The notes beneath the pieces are model-generated. The model was given only the letters and a program-made list of their open reading frames with translations, had not been told where the DNA came from and made no database searches. From assembly GCF_036321535.1 (NCBI RefSeq), contig NC_087437.1:60266001-60330000 (forward strand): 64,000 nucleotides of DNA. The letters run 5' to 3'. Below are positions 1 through 13,120 of the stretch, piece by piece. This stretch comes from Camelus dromedarius (taxonomy: Eukaryota). Position numbers and translations under genes: made by a program. How positions within the stretch are numbered: position 1 is the stretch's first letter; every line of letters begins with the position of its first letter.

Positions 1-340
1 TGGCTATACCTAAAAGAGTACGTCAGAGTAAAAGGAAATGAGGATGACATTATTAGATGGGTAATCTTTAATTAGTTCTGATTTCTATTTTTAAGGTAAA
101 TCATTCAATAACTCTGGTAATTAAACTATTAATAGCAACAAATTGCTTAACACATACATCACAACTGAACACTGATCACACCAAAATTAGGATGATGATT
201 AAAACAGGCTGTTCACTGAATTGTACACTTTTAAAATGGTGAATTTTAAAGTATGTGAATATCTCCCCCCACCAAAAAAAACCTAGGAAAAATGAATACC
301 CCCCCCCCCAAAGAAAACCCAGGAAAAATTTAAAAAACAT

Positions 341-1020
341 AGGCTTTGGAGATAAGTATTTTGAATATATGTCCCAGCTCTGCCTCTAACAGGCTCTGGC
401 CTTGGGCAGTTACTTAATTTCTGTGAGTCTCAGTTTCAACCTATGTAAAATGGGATTATGAATTGTCCCTCCTCCATTTCACAGCTAAAAGACCCTCTCC
501 TCACCCACCGTATGGAGATGTGGAGTGGCCAAAGTATCTCACTTTCCTAGATATAATGATTGGTACAGATGTGCTCACATAACCCAAAGAGGCCTTAAGG
601 AAAGCTGATGTGGATGTCACATCAGAACAGAACTTTTTCCTTCTGAAATTATAAACTGTAAGGCTCATGGGAGCCAGGACTACTGGGGGTCATTTTTTCA
701 TCATATGGAAAGAACATACCAGAGATTGAAGCTAATATAGAAGAGATGGAAGGAGAGAGAAATTTCTAGCAACACTGTTTGTGCTCATGGATCCAGCCTA
801 CCCAGAAACTAGACAGCTCCTTGTATTTTCATTTACCTGTGCCAATAATTCCCTTTTTTCCTGAGCTTGTTTGAGTTGGGTTGCTGTCATGAGTGACCCA
901 AAGAGGCCTAACATAGAAATCTATTTTATAAGGCTGCTGGGAGAATTATTTGTGGTAATACATGTAAAGCACCCAATGCTTTTATATAACAGGGACTCAA
1001 AAACGGAAACTTAACTATTA
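341..1020 (+). mobile_element. MIR SINE split into two halves (about 341-461 and 920-1020) by an MLT1 LTR
   Basis: 5' half has the MIR core 'cccagctctgcc...ccttgggcagttacttaatttctgtgagtctcagtttc...tgtaaaatgggat'; the 3' half resumes 'taatacatgtaaagcac'. Confidence 0.75.
463..913 (+). mobile_element. ERVL-MaLR solo LTR (old MLT1, J/K-like)
   Basis: Typical MLT1 3' end 'gagcttgtttgagttgggttgctgtca...cccaaagaggcctaaca'. Confidence 0.7.
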
Positions 1021-1229
1021 TCATCTTGATCATCATTATGCAATAGATTGGGACAATTTTGTGTCTGCTTTGTCCCATGCAGTAGCTAAGACAGTACTAA
1101 GTATGAAGAGCTCAATAAATATATCTTTACAGACAAATCTTTCCCTTAATATAGAATTTAAACATGAATTAATTAGAATTGTTATCTACTTTCTATTCAT
1201 AAGAGATAGAGGCAAATCAAGAAAATGGC

Positions 1230-1398
1230 AAGAATGTTGAACTGGGGGTCAAGAGACCAAGTTTCCAGTTCTGATGATTCTCTTCACATCCTCCCAGAGA
1301 GTGTCCTTCCCCTCTCTGGGCCTTGGTTTCTCCATTTGTCAAATTAGGCTACTGGGGTAGATGATCTCAGTCCCTTATAAGCTCTAAATTTGAGATTC
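1230..1398 (+). mobile_element. MIR (MIRc/MIR3-like)
   Basis: 'cccctctctgggccttggtttctccatttgtcaaat...tagatgatctc...gctctaaatt'. Confidence 0.7.
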
Positions 1399-2282
1399 AA
1401 GGAAAAAGATAGCAGGGAACTCTAGTACCCCTTGATTTCTTGGTGTTAAAACAAATTCAATCTCATATAGCCTTTTTGCATCCCTCCCTACAGCCTCCCA
1501 CAATGACACATGATCAGGGAAGTTGGGGTACTTGCTGATGCCCATTTGCAAGATTCTGTATTCCCAGAGCAAGATGCAAGGAGGTTCAGTACTCTCTACT
1601 TGCTAATGTAGAAGTATTGCTAAATGTATCTTAGAATGGATTTCAGCCACAAGGCCTGAAATATAATTTAATATCCAGGAAAAAAATCAATGGAAACAAT
1701 ATTTTTCATTCATCAAGCATTCATTTAGGGCCTTCTAGACACATACGATGCCAAGCACCAGAGAAACAAAAGGGCTAAGACCCGGTTCCTGAGGTCAAAG
1801 AGAGCAAATCTCATGACGCTGTTTCCTGAATGTCTTGTTCATCATGATTTCACTGATGATCAGATGCAAAGAGAGATTCTGCCAACCTTATTGGATGTCC
1901 ACTGTGTGCCAGGCACGGGGTAGACAAGTTTGTGTGCATTGTCTGTCACTTGGTTATAACTGTCCTATACTTCCTCCTGTCAGAGACATGGCTCTGGCTG
2001 AGGCCAGAGACATAAGCCTTTGTCAACTGATCCTTCCTTTACAAGGAGGCCCTGCCCCTTGCAGCCTTACCCTCTCACATTCCTGCTGTCTGATCATAAG
2101 TGAAGCTTTGCTCTGTGGTGGAGCCTGGAGCTGAGGTGCATGCAGGCATCTGAAGCCCCAGCTTTGTGGAAGACATGAGGCATTGGTTTTCACTCAAGTA
2201 TTTGGGAGAGGGGATAATTTTTATATTAAAATGAATATTGATAGAACATGGAGTGAAGTTTAAGATTTGAACAAATTTAAGA

Positions 2283-2487
2283 TTCATTCATTTTCCCCCC
2301 AAAATTTATTGAATACCTACTGTATGCCGGGCATTATCCTAGGCAGTGAGGATTGAAAGACAGACAGAAAAAAAAAAATCACTGCCCTCATGGGGCTCAC
2401 GTTCTAGTGGAATGAAACAGACAAGAAAAAAACATAATGTCAGATGCTGACAAGTGCTATGGAGAAAAATAGAGCAGGGAAGGGGAC
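2283..2487 (-). mobile_element. L2 LINE 3' end
   Basis: 'ttcattca...atttattgaatacctactgtatgccgggcattatcctagg...ctgccctcatggggctcacgttctagtgg...aagtgctatggagaaaaatagagcaggg' is the reverse complement of the L2 tail. Confidence 0.85.
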
Positions 2488-3148
2488 TTGAAGGACATGT
2501 CCAGCTTGCAGAGAATCACTTCAAGCTTCACCATCTGATTCCTGGGGCTGCTCCTTGCCTCTGCCACAAGTGTTGCCTGGGTGGGGCATGGGGGTTGGGA
2601 ATTGAAGGATGGTGGGGGTAACCAGGAGATGAACTGGCCTAAAGGATGCACCTTGAGCAAATTCACCCAAAAAGAGTGGATACAAAGGGAAGGGAGGAGG
2701 TGAGCTCACTCACCCAGTGATGCCTTATGGCCCAGAACCTGCACACTATGGGGCTTCAGTCAGGGCTCAAGCAAGCTTCTGTCTCCATATTTCTACCTCT
2801 TCATTCAGTACAATCCCCGCTTAAGTTTCTCAGATGCCCAGATGGCTGCCCTGGGGAACTTCCTTCAGCTGATCCCTCACTTTCACTCACTCAACCTTTA
2901 TCAGCAATTCCCCAGGCTCCACTGTAAGCCTTTGTGCTCTTGACCAAAGGTGGCCCTGCCCTCCATCACTATCCCTCCTCCTGTGGCTGCAGAGCTTTAC
3001 AGTGTGCTGAACACTTTCCTAGCCACACGCAGTGGTGGTTTCTCATGCCTCACTCTTGCAGGGCAGAGGAGAAGGCAGATCAGAGAAGGGAGCTTGTGAG
3101 CAGTAGGGTACAGGACGATCCTGCAGCAGAGGACAGACGCTGCAAGCC

Positions 3149-3335
3149 AGTGGTTCTCCACCTTCACGAAGAATCAAAGTCCCTTGTGGGCTTGTTAAAA
3201 CAGATTTCTGGGCCCCACTCCCAGACTTTCTGATTCAGTAGGTCTGGGATGTAGCCCCAGAATCTGCACATCTGACAGAATCCTGGTGACTCTGGTGCTG
3301 CCGCTGCTTAACTCACACTGAGATCCAGGGCTCTA
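3149..3335. mobile_element. MER5A-like hAT-Charlie MITE
   Basis: 'cagtggttctc...cttgttaaaacagatttctgggccccactcccagactttctgattcagtaggtctggg'. Confidence 0.85.
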
Positions 3336-4919
3336 AGCCAGCTGGTGAGGGCAGGTTGGGTCTGTCCTCTACACCCTAGCCTCCTCTTGGGCCCTTTCCT
3401 TCCCTCTAATATGCAGACCCTTCTCTTCCTCCACTTTCTTCCCTTTCTCGGCAATCTGATTTTCTCTCTCATTCTAAAACATGCCTTTGGGGTGAGTTCT
3501 AAAAAAAAATTATACTAACTTGCAAATGGCTGGTCATAACTATCACTCCTTCCAGGAATATTTGAATTTTGACTGTCAAATAAATGCCGAAGCTAAACAA
3601 ATAAAACTCTGATGGTAGACTTCAGGGATCAGCCAATGAGTGGTAGCTGTGTCTGGGGACTCAGAGCCTCTGAGAAACTGTGTAGGTGGCCACTTCTCTA
3701 ACCTCCCACTGGGTGCCTGTCAGGGGATGTCTCCCACCCGGCCTGGGGAAGAATTGAAATTCTGTGTCCCTCTTCTCCGGAAGCAGTGAGGCAAAGATGC
3801 CACTGCTGAAGAGGAGGACAACTAATGGCAATAATTAAATCCCCCAAGGAGACAGGATTCTCAGTGTCTTTTGTGTTCTGGGAGTGTCTCTTGCTTTGGT
3901 GGAAAGAAAGAAAATCTGTTGTGACAGATTCTGATTCTTCTGCTGAGGGAGCCCCCTGACCCCCAACCCCCTGCATGGTTGTATCAGGGCCCGAGTCTTT
4001 CTTTGAAAAATAAATTGACCAGAATTTTCAAAAATTAAGGTCATGGCCCCCATCCTCAGCTTAGAAAGAAAGAGTGGGCAGGCTTAGAAGGGTTGGGGAG
4101 GGGGGCCTGAAGAAGAGGCTGGAAAAGAAGGTGCATGGAGGGAGGTCAGCCATGGCCAAAGTGCTCATCTGTCCAGAACTTCACCCCTGAGCATTTGTCC
4201 TCCAATCCAAGAGACATCTCCTGACTTCACTGCCTCTCACCCTTCTCTTGAGAGTCTATCGTCTCCCAGAGAGAGTGAGAATGCTGGCGAGAAGGAGCAG
4301 GGTCTGTGGGTGGACCGGAGCCAGTCACCCCTCCAGGCTGATCTGAGGAGGGCAGCACTGTGGCACAGGTGGGCAAACACTGGCCGGAGAGCCAGAGGCC
4401 TAGATTCTTGCTCTTGTTCTTGCATGGCCTGGCGCAGGTCCCTGTCCTCTCCACCACCCACTAAGGAGTTAGCTGTGATGATCTCTAAATATCCCTTCAG
4501 ACCCTGAAGTTCTACCCCCTCTTCTCTCACCATCATCTGCTGTCAGAGGTGCTTCAGGTAAGTTAGTGCATGGATGACAGTCATTCTTTTCATCTCTTCT
4601 CTTGGCCTCTGATGGAATTACACACAAGGACATGTCTGCTGCAAAGCATTTCTCTGATCTGTCTTCCACGAGTATTTCTGAAGCCACATTACACACTGGG
4701 AAACCTCCCCATTTTCTCCCATCCACTCCACTCCCCACCCCTGTCTTCTCCTTGCCATTCTTGTTGGTTTTACACAAGGAACTCTGCGTCCATACCAACT
4801 GCCCTTGTGTCTGCCCCTGAGAAATACCTTTCCGTGGTGCCCTTGAGAGGTCAGGTTGAAAGAAGCAACCGGAATATGAATTTGTTTCATAACATGTAAC
4901 TTTGGTAACATGCCTATGT

Positions 4920-4921
<2 letters not shown>

Positions 4922-4958
<37 letters not shown>

Positions 4959-4969
4959 CGTGCGCACGT
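4922..4969. repeat. (GT)n-(CG)5 compound microsatellite, alternating purine/pyrimidine
   Basis: Direct read: GT repeats 4922-4950, then cgcgcgcgcg, then tgcgcacgt. Confidence 0.95.
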
Positions 4970-5009
4970 TTACAAGCATGTGGCACAAAGACTTAGGCTG
5001 GAGGCATTA

Positions 5010-5177
5010 GAACATGGAGGTTAAGAACTCAGGCTTTGTGTCACACACACCAAGATTTAAATCCTGCCTCTATCACTTATTAGCTGCATGACCTGAAGCA
5101 AACTGCCTAAACTTTACAAGCCTCAGTTTACTTATCTGCAGATTGATAATTATATGCACCTCAAGAGTTTGCTAGGG
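5010..5177 (+). mobile_element. MIR SINE
   Basis: 'ggttaagaactcaggcttt...aaatcctgcctctatcacttattagctgcatgacctgaagcaa...gcctcagttt'. Confidence 0.85.
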
Positions 5178-5689
5178 GCCACTTCCTTCTCTGAGTATAA
5201 TATTTGTTTCAGAGCTAATCAGAAGGTTCCATCAGTGTCATGAACATGTTCCTTCCTGGTGGATAGTAGTACTTCTTTCTACTGCTGCTAGCTCCTTGTG
5301 GGCCGCACTTCTGTACCCCCAAAGACACCTGGAATCCTGAGTCAAAGTCCCCTAGATAGGCTGTAGCATCCAGGAGGCAACTGAGTGGAAGAGGCCCCTC
5401 TTCTCCCAGCCCACTGGCTTTTCACCTTCCATGAGGTCACTCACCAGGCACAGCAGGTTTCCTTTCTGAAGGATTAGGGTGTCTTCAGAGAACAGGAACA
5501 GAACCTAGAGCACTAGTTTATTTGGAATTTTTCTTGAGGCTCACAAGGAAAGACTTTAATCTTCCTCAGGAGGGCCCTTGGCTGTGGCCCGCACTCCCAT
5601 GGACCTCAAGGCACACTGCCCCGCTTTGGTCTGTGCAAGGCCTTGCTCCTGTGTTAGTGATTCATTCCCTTTTTCCTCCATGCATCCAC

Positions 5690-5965
5690 CCCGATTCTCC
5701 TTCCCTGTAGGCAACCATGGATGTAATCTATATCTCTTTGTATATTTCCTGTGATGTGCTTTTATTTTATATAAATGGTGCTGTGTCACATGCACATTCC
5801 TTTCCTCCCTTCTTCACCCCGCCACCCCCCGCACTGTGCCTTTAAGATCCAAGTGTGTTGCTCTGTGCACTTCAAGCTGAATTCCCCCGCCTGTCCCCAC
5901 AGTGGACTGTGGATGACCTTCAGCTTCCTTGCCGCAGATAACAACACTGCAATAAGCGTCCTCTG
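5690..5965 (-). mobile_element. Old L1 (L1ME-like) 3' UTR fragment
   Basis: 'ccctgtaggcaaccat...ttttatataaatggt...aacactgcaataagcgtcct' resembles an antisense L1M 3' end. Confidence 0.5.
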
Positions 5966-8900
5966 ACGGCACTTTCTCCCTCTCCTAACACTACTTACCT
6001 ACTTTCAGATTTGTCAGGGCCATCTTTAATCACTGGGTCCAAAAGTTCATAAAGAGCTCTCTCCCTGGGTCCTTCTCGAGTCATGAAGACTCCAGTAACA
6101 CCCAGGTGGCAGAGAAATGAGCTTTGATATTTGTGACCTTTCTTTCATAGGGCCCTTGGGGAAGGGGCGCTAGATCTGTGGTCCTAGACAGAAGGAGCCT
6201 CTTACGTGAGTTTTCATATCAGACCTAGTTCTTCCTTCAATTGGTTGACTAATTAAAGAAAACGCAGAAACAGTAGAGTCTAAACCTATAATAAATGTAT
6301 CCTTCATTAGAAATGCATTTATTCTGCCCTTGAGGTTATGTTGAGGAGAGTTTGATTTCTTTTGCGGGGAGTAGGGTTTGGGGGGAGGCACAGGGAGTCT
6401 TGCTGGCATCTCAGAAGAGCTACATTTGATTTTCACGGCTGCTCTGGGCTCATCTAGGGAAGGGCATTGGCCTCAATCCAGTTCTTTTCATCAATAATTC
6501 CTTTCTAGTCAAGAAGGGCTCAGTGATTTGCCAGTTCCTTCCAAAGCTTTAACAGGATTAAATACTGTTCACTGAAGGGTATCTACTAGTATTTGGCAAA
6601 GTTTCATAGATTTCCTGACTTTTTAAAAATCCTTTTTGTCCTTCTTTATGCTGGCTACTTCCTCAGTCAAACTGCCTCTTCTTGGGGGTCCCGAGGTTCT
6701 GCATGGGACTCAAGGGGCACTGTACAGGGATACTTGACCCCAGCCCTGCCTGCATATCCCTGAGCTGTTGGCTTCTGTAGCCTTGATGCTGGCTTGACCT
6801 CTCAAGGCCTCAGTGTTCTTGTTGAAAAAAAGAGGGTATTGGAGAGTTGAGGCTTTCTGGCTCTTGATATTTCTTATTTTAAAAAGGCTTCAGTATCTCT
6901 TGGCATTTCCAAGATGTAGCTCCTTCTGCCTTCTCCCTCCCCACATCAGCAATGACTCCCAACCTTCCAACAGCTATGACCACATCCCTTGTGACTCAGA
7001 TTCTCCATCAGTCCCTCCTGGGGCCCTCTCTAGCCCCCAGTCCTTTCTGAGGACTCTCTCCATTTCTCACCTCTTTCCCCTTGCTCATTCTTATATTGCT
7101 TTTCTCGAGGAATTCCCATCCCCCTCTAATCTCCCTCATTGAAATGACAGTTTCAGGCATAGGGGTCTTTCCCTTTTTTCCCCAACCCTCCCTGCGATCC
7201 CACAATTCCCCCAGGGGTTCTTGTCACATAAGTGGGAGCCAAGTGTGCTTTGAAGGCCCTAGAATCTTTGCTGTAGAATCACTACAGGTTCTTGAGGCTC
7301 CTCTTGGTCAGGAGTAACCTGGGATACCCTAGGGCTCTCACTGTCATGCCAGCATCTCAGGCTACCCCAAGGTTCTCTGTGGCTTCCCCAGACCTGTTTC
7401 TTAGGCAAGGAGAAGACAAGGACTAACAGATCTCCCCCACAGCGGACTGACATGCTTCTTGACCTTACCCCAGTCACGTCAAGCCCACAGGGATTTACTG
7501 TCTTCTGAGAAAGTTGGGCCACTATCTCTGCTTCAGATTATTCATGCATTCTTTCATGCATCACTCACTCATCCAACACTGAGGAAAATAGTCAAGTACA
7601 CTGAGATGGATACACTGCAGAGACCTGGCTTCCAGAGCTCACAGTCAGAGGGGACACACAAATGGTAACGGATGGAGACCCACAGACGGGTCCCACCCCT
7701 TTCTACCACACACAGCTCTTCTTCCTGAAGAGTGGGGATCAGAGGACAGATTGGGGTTGGGGAGAGTTTGACTGAAGCTCTAATTTACCTAAGCTATCAT
7801 CACTCAACTGCAAGGTTGCTTATGAGTACACTCTTTCTCCTAGACACAGCGGCATACACAGCAGAGAATGAAAATCAATCGGATAAAAAAGGGCAGAGAT
7901 TGTGCAGTGATAAATAGGCAATTTTTATCAACTTGCCCTTCTGTCGGCATTTCCCCCTTGCCTTCCTTTCCCCTGAATTTCACTGCAATTCACAGGGGAG
8001 GGTGGGAGGCTGGAAGACAGGCCAGAAGGGACTCATCTTAGTACACAGGGGGACCCTACTGCAGCTTTGTACAAGCCAAGCAGAAAGATGTCTTTTGTTC
8101 TTAATAGGATACCCATTTAAGTGCTCTTTCAAACTTGGTGTTGGAACTATATCCATTCTCTATAGATATCAATTTTTAAAAGTGTTCTAAAGACACAGAA
8201 ATTTTTTGATGTCACTGGCAGTCATAACACTAGACCATACTATTGTAAAGCTTCAGATAAAGAGAGCAAATACTTGATAAATATGTGCAGTACAGCCTCA
8301 GGTCTATGCACAACTACTCAGGAATGAGGAGAGAATGGTAACTTGCCAATTAACAGTAGCTCAGTCTTTTCCAGTTCTGAGAGGCTCACTGGGGTAAATG
8401 CTTAGAAGTTCTGCTTTCTTTCCCATCCGCCTGTCCACCCCAAGATGGTGGCAATGGCCTTGGAACACTTGCTTATCACGTGCTGGCCTCTGGGCCCTGT
8501 GGGCTCCCACTGACAGCCAGATGTCTGACCAGTTTCCACAGGGGATGTTGTGGTCAGTCGGGGCCTGGGGTACCTTGCTGGCTACTGGGGTATCTCTTTT
8601 CCTTCTCTCAGTGCCCACTGGAGCAGGGGGTGGAGGATCTCCACTTCTGAGACACCCTCTGTGTCTCAGCCACTTCCCCCATCTGCCCCAAGGCCTCTGA
8701 GAAGGACTAACTCTGTCCGTCACCACGGAGCCCCCTGTTAGGCCCACTTGCTGTACCTCAGCTACCAAGGGGCATATGGGGAATTACGGGCCCTTTCATG
8801 GCACATAAGCCTGGAGTGAGGCCTGCAGGCACTGAAGCTGGCCATTTTTTGAAGCGGTCATTTTTAGCTCTTAATGTGGCCTCCTCCTGTTAGTAATAGG

Positions 8901-10169
8901 ACGCTGCAAGCTGATTCTCTCACAGGGGCCACCATGGAATAGGAAGGCTCGTGAAAAATCTTTGCTTTTGGCTTTCCTCAAAAGCTACTTAGCATCCCCT
9001 CCTTCTCAGATTTCAAACTTGGGGGGAGAGGTAAGCTGTACTTCTGACCTTATTATTTCCTTCTTCAGTTCTTATCTCTTATTCTTCTCCCAGCACCCAC
9101 TGAGTGGGAAGTGGAGGATGGCCACCTCTTCAACATGTATTAGAATCTCCATCTTCCACAGGGCTGCCCTCATAACCTGGCCATCATGCGGAAGTAGCTC
9201 TCTACTCTACACTGTGGAAGGAATTATGAGTTTGTGGCCCTCAGGCTTGGCCTTTGATATGGGAGCTGCCAGACAATCAGGAACTAAGGACAATGATGCA
9301 TTTTTACCATCCCCTAAATTTCTCCAGTACATTTTATATCCTTGTATAAGCCCTAGATTTTGTCTAGATTAGCATTGTTGCTTAGGAAGATATAAAGGGG
9401 AGGTAGATAATACATTTTTAAAATCCCTACTCTGTGAAAGTCATCATGCTAGGGGAGGGGGAGACAAATGACAAGATATAGTCTCTGACTCCAAGGTGAC
9501 TCAATGTAAATACGTAACTGACCGGAAACAAGCAGGAAGCCCTTGAGAGGTGCGGTGCCACTATGCCGATGCCAATGCGGGAAGCAAGAGGGATTCACGG
9601 AGGACTAGGGGCGCTTTGGAGGTGGTGCAAGTGGAGAGGGAGTTGATGTCATGGGTGACTGAGAGCTCAAGATCAGGAATATGGAAGTTTGTGAGGAGGA
9701 TCTGGTTCCATTTTGTACCCTCTGCTACTGGGATTACAGTTCCTATTACTCAGCACACATTAGGCCTGGTTTCCAGGTGCTTCCTGGAGTTCAGTGCACC
9801 TATGGGCTTCTGCATGGATTTGTACTCTAGGTACCTGACCAGTGCCTACTGAGAGACTAAGTTTATAGCCCAACTTGAATCTTTCAGAGTTTGCCCAAAG
9901 GAAAAAAATGCCTTTTGAAAATGGAGCTAGCCTGTGGAATGTCTCCAGAGGTTACCTCTCCTTTTCCCCAGCAAACTGGTCACCTAGCCACCCTTATCAT
10001 TGCCAGCAGCAGCAATAACTATAGCTACAACTATAGCCAGAGCACCCGAGACGTGGATTATGGAGAGCCAACAGGGTTCCACAACAAGCAGGAGCCAGGA
10101 AGGGAGATGATACACTCTTTAGGAGCTGATAATGAGGCTTGGAGGTCCTGGGCCCTTGGGGGCACATTA

Positions 10170-10440
10170 ATGCAACAAGTATTTTTTGGGTGCCTCTATA
10201 TTCTAGACTTCATCCTAGACATTGAGAATACAGTGGTGAGACAGATGCAGGAAAGGGCTCTACTCTTCCTAACAGTCATAGAGAATGTAAATAATAAATA
10301 AGTAAAAAAAAACTATAAACAAGAAGTATAAAAATATCAGGGACTAATAAGTGCTACACAAAATATTAAAAAATATTAAATTAGAGTGACAGGCTAAAAA
10401 GAAGTGGGGTGACCTCTTTGGAAGAGCAAACCAGGGAAGT
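10170..10440 (-). mobile_element. L2 LINE 3' fragment
   Basis: 'caacaagtattttttgggtgcct...ctagacattgagaatacagtggtgagacagat...aataagtgctac'. Confidence 0.7.
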
Positions 10441-11929
10441 TCAGCATAAAGTATAATACTTCTTGTGGGCATCTGAATTGAACATAAATGATGCTATAAT
10501 TATTACTGGAGTAAATTGTGTTAATTGTCTTCACATGCTCTGGAGAATTTATATGTATTATTTATGACAGCTACAGTTTATTAAATAAAGCAATAATTTA
10601 ATAACAGGTCACACTCATTTTCTTCTAAGCTTTGTTAAATTGGATTAAGTTAATTCTGTCTACTTCTAGTTGAAGTGGATAGAGTGAAAGAGGTTGCTTT
10701 TTTGGCTCAAACTTATTTGGTAAGTAAGTCTGACAATCTTGCATAGAGAGCAATTTCTATGAAGAAAAAAATGGGAGAAGCAATCAATTCATTACAGGAT
10801 GACTCAGAGGAGAGGAAATATGGGCACTGGGAATATGGACCATAAGTTGTGAGCAATCTTCTCATTTATAGTTGATGGGAACATGATACCTCCTTTCAAG
10901 CTGGTCATTTCGCAGAGCTAATGATCAGTCATGGGTCATTTCCACCCAAAAACCTCTTGTTTTCTCTGAAAGGATCCTCTTAAGAATGCACAAGCTCAGA
11001 CACTAAGAAAGAAAGTCTAGTGGTAACACTCTAAAACAATAAGAATATCAGCCATTGTAAGGTTTCTGAGACTTTACAGAAAGACTCACCAATAAGAGAA
11101 GAGCAAGCCCAGGTCGGCTCATGCCAGTTTGGACGCTAGCCTGGCACTGAGTGGGCAGATGCGGTCATCTCTCTCCCAGGGAGGACCACTAATCAGCTCT
11201 GCTCCATGATTTAAAGCACTATCGATTTGTCCATGACATTCAAGTATTTCTGAAGATTAGGTTAAGATTTTTGAAATATGCAGTTGCAGAGCATTTTACC
11301 CCAAATGACCAAGTCCAATGGAGATTAGAGTGATGCACAGAAATGAAAGGAGACTTGAGCATTCCTTAAATCTCATTATCTTTTTGATAAACCAATTAGC
11401 TTTCTGTTCAACATTTTGTTTAATTTTCTTTTTTTTCTATGAGGAAATCAATAATTTTAAGTATTATTTCTCTAAGTTTCCATTACCAGCGAGAGCTTCA
11501 ACAAGCAAATAGCTACCACATGCTTAATAGCTTAAACTCACAATATTAGATGAGAGGGATCTGACTCATCCTTTTTGTTTTCTCTGAAAGAGGGAAAATT
11601 CACTATGGCTTCGGAGGAGGAAATCCAGGTGAGGATTTGTAAAAGCCTTCGTCTAGTATGAAGAGACACTTGCATTTTGGCATCTCAGAGGACTAGAGCC
11701 CTCAGTGCCAAGCAGAAGGAAGAGAGCTAGTTATGTGGGAGAGAGGGGAGTGCATGTTGGCTGGAGGAAGACACCTTCTTAATGCCATTTGGATCAGTCA
11801 GTAACAGGAACAGCCCCTACTGAGCAGAGAGCTAAAGCTGAGGCTCAAAGTACCAGAGCTGCCATATTGGAAATGGAGGCGGTTGCACATATGAGAGTAC
11901 AGATGTGCAAGCGCTCTCTTGAGAACCGA

Positions 11930-12728
11930 CCCATATCCCCATCTCAGAGAATCTACTTTACCTGTCCCTGCTAAGACCTCTCACCACCCACTCTAATCTT
12001 CTGCCATAGCTGATTTGACCATGAGAAGACATGTGACCCCAGCAGGACCAATCAGATACTCTCTCCTGGGGATGTGGAACTGGGTCTTAGAAACCTAGCA
12101 GGTTTCTGCCAGACACTTGAACTATAAATTGGATATGAAGCTGGGATTGGGGCACCCATGTTCAGATGTGGTTAAGTGAGCAGGGAGAGATAATAATGAA
12201 AGCAGACCCTTGCAAAGTGCCAGGCCTTGTTCAAAACATTTATGTATATTGATTCACTTCATCTCACAACAATCCTGTGAGGTAAGTACCATTATTATCT
12301 TCATTCCCCTCTTTATAAATGAGGAAACTAAGAATAGAGGCTTAAGGAACTTGCCCAAAGTCATGAGCAACTAAATGGTGGAACTAGTATTTGAATCCAG
12401 GCATTTTGATTTCAAAGATTGCCCTTAACCATATGTTAAACTGCTGTCTGGAGAAAGGAAGGAAGTGAGGGAGAGAGAGATGAGGCATGTGCCCCTAAAG
12501 AGTTAGATAAAAGAGACAACGGAGCTCTAAAGAGAAAGAGATTTGAAGAGACAAGCAGCCTTGGTCCCATCAGTTTTGCCATTTCTGGCATCAATCCTTG
12601 TGAAGCCCGGCCTCACTTCCTGCCTTTGGGTTCCACCAGATCCCTCTATTTCTAGTCAATTTTCTTTTTTGTTTAAGCCAGTTTAAATAGGTTCTGTTCA
12701 TTGCAACCAAATGATCTCTGACTCAATA
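11930..12728 (+). mobile_element. Old MLT1 solo LTR, interrupted by a MIR
   Basis: 'catgtgaccccagcaggaccaatcagatactctctcctgggg' and 3' end 'tttaagccagtttaaataggttctgttcattgcaaccaaa'. Confidence 0.7.
12213..12445 (-). mobile_element. MIR SINE (near full length) inside MLT1
   Basis: 'ctcacaacaatcctgtgaggtaagtaccattatt...aaatgaggaaactaag...ttaaggaacttgcccaaagtca...tttgaatccaggca'. Confidence 0.9.
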
Positions 12729-13120
12729 AATTAAAATAGGAGGGAACATTTTCCAGCAGGGGGTCTGAAATTAGATAGAATGATGTGTTATGTTATTCAG
12801 CTAGAGATGTGAGAAATGCTTTAATTTTGCTCTTTATTAAATTCACATAGTATACCAAGCAGGGATGATCTAACTGCTTTAATAACCAAGATTAAATGTC
12901 ATACAAAAGTATGGTTTAGAAAAAGGAGTGCAATCTTTGCCCAGTGACTGGGGACTAGTACAATCATAACTTCACTTCCACCTGCTGGAACTGGACTTAA
13001 ATTACAGGGATAGCTTTTTGGAATGGCAGTAAACCAAGGATTGATCAGTCAGAAGGGTATAGATAATGCATTCTTACTTAGTCTTAATTTTTGCTCCTTA
13101 GTTAATGTGTTTTTAATTAT

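Noticed and set aside
256..329. Approximately 36-bp two-copy tandem repeat (gaata-C run-A run-ccYaggaaaaat)
   Set aside because: A simple slippage duplication at an L1 tail; not a CRISPR-like array (no spacers, only two copies).
2579..2599. Canonical G-quadruplex motif (others at about 48265 and 56576)
   Set aside because: A few such motifs per 64 kb are ordinary, several lie inside old repeats, and there is no promoter context.
4501..4557. Plus-strand candidate exon ending cag|gtaagt (similar donors near 20008, 24658, 37716 and 60945)
   Set aside because: The acceptors are weak and there is no coherent reading frame or recognisable peptide across them.
6098..6172. CTCF-like motifs (acacccaggtggcag; aaggggcgctag), also near 9603 and 44640
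   Set aside because: Each misses key core positions, so it cannot be supported without a PWM score or ChIP data.
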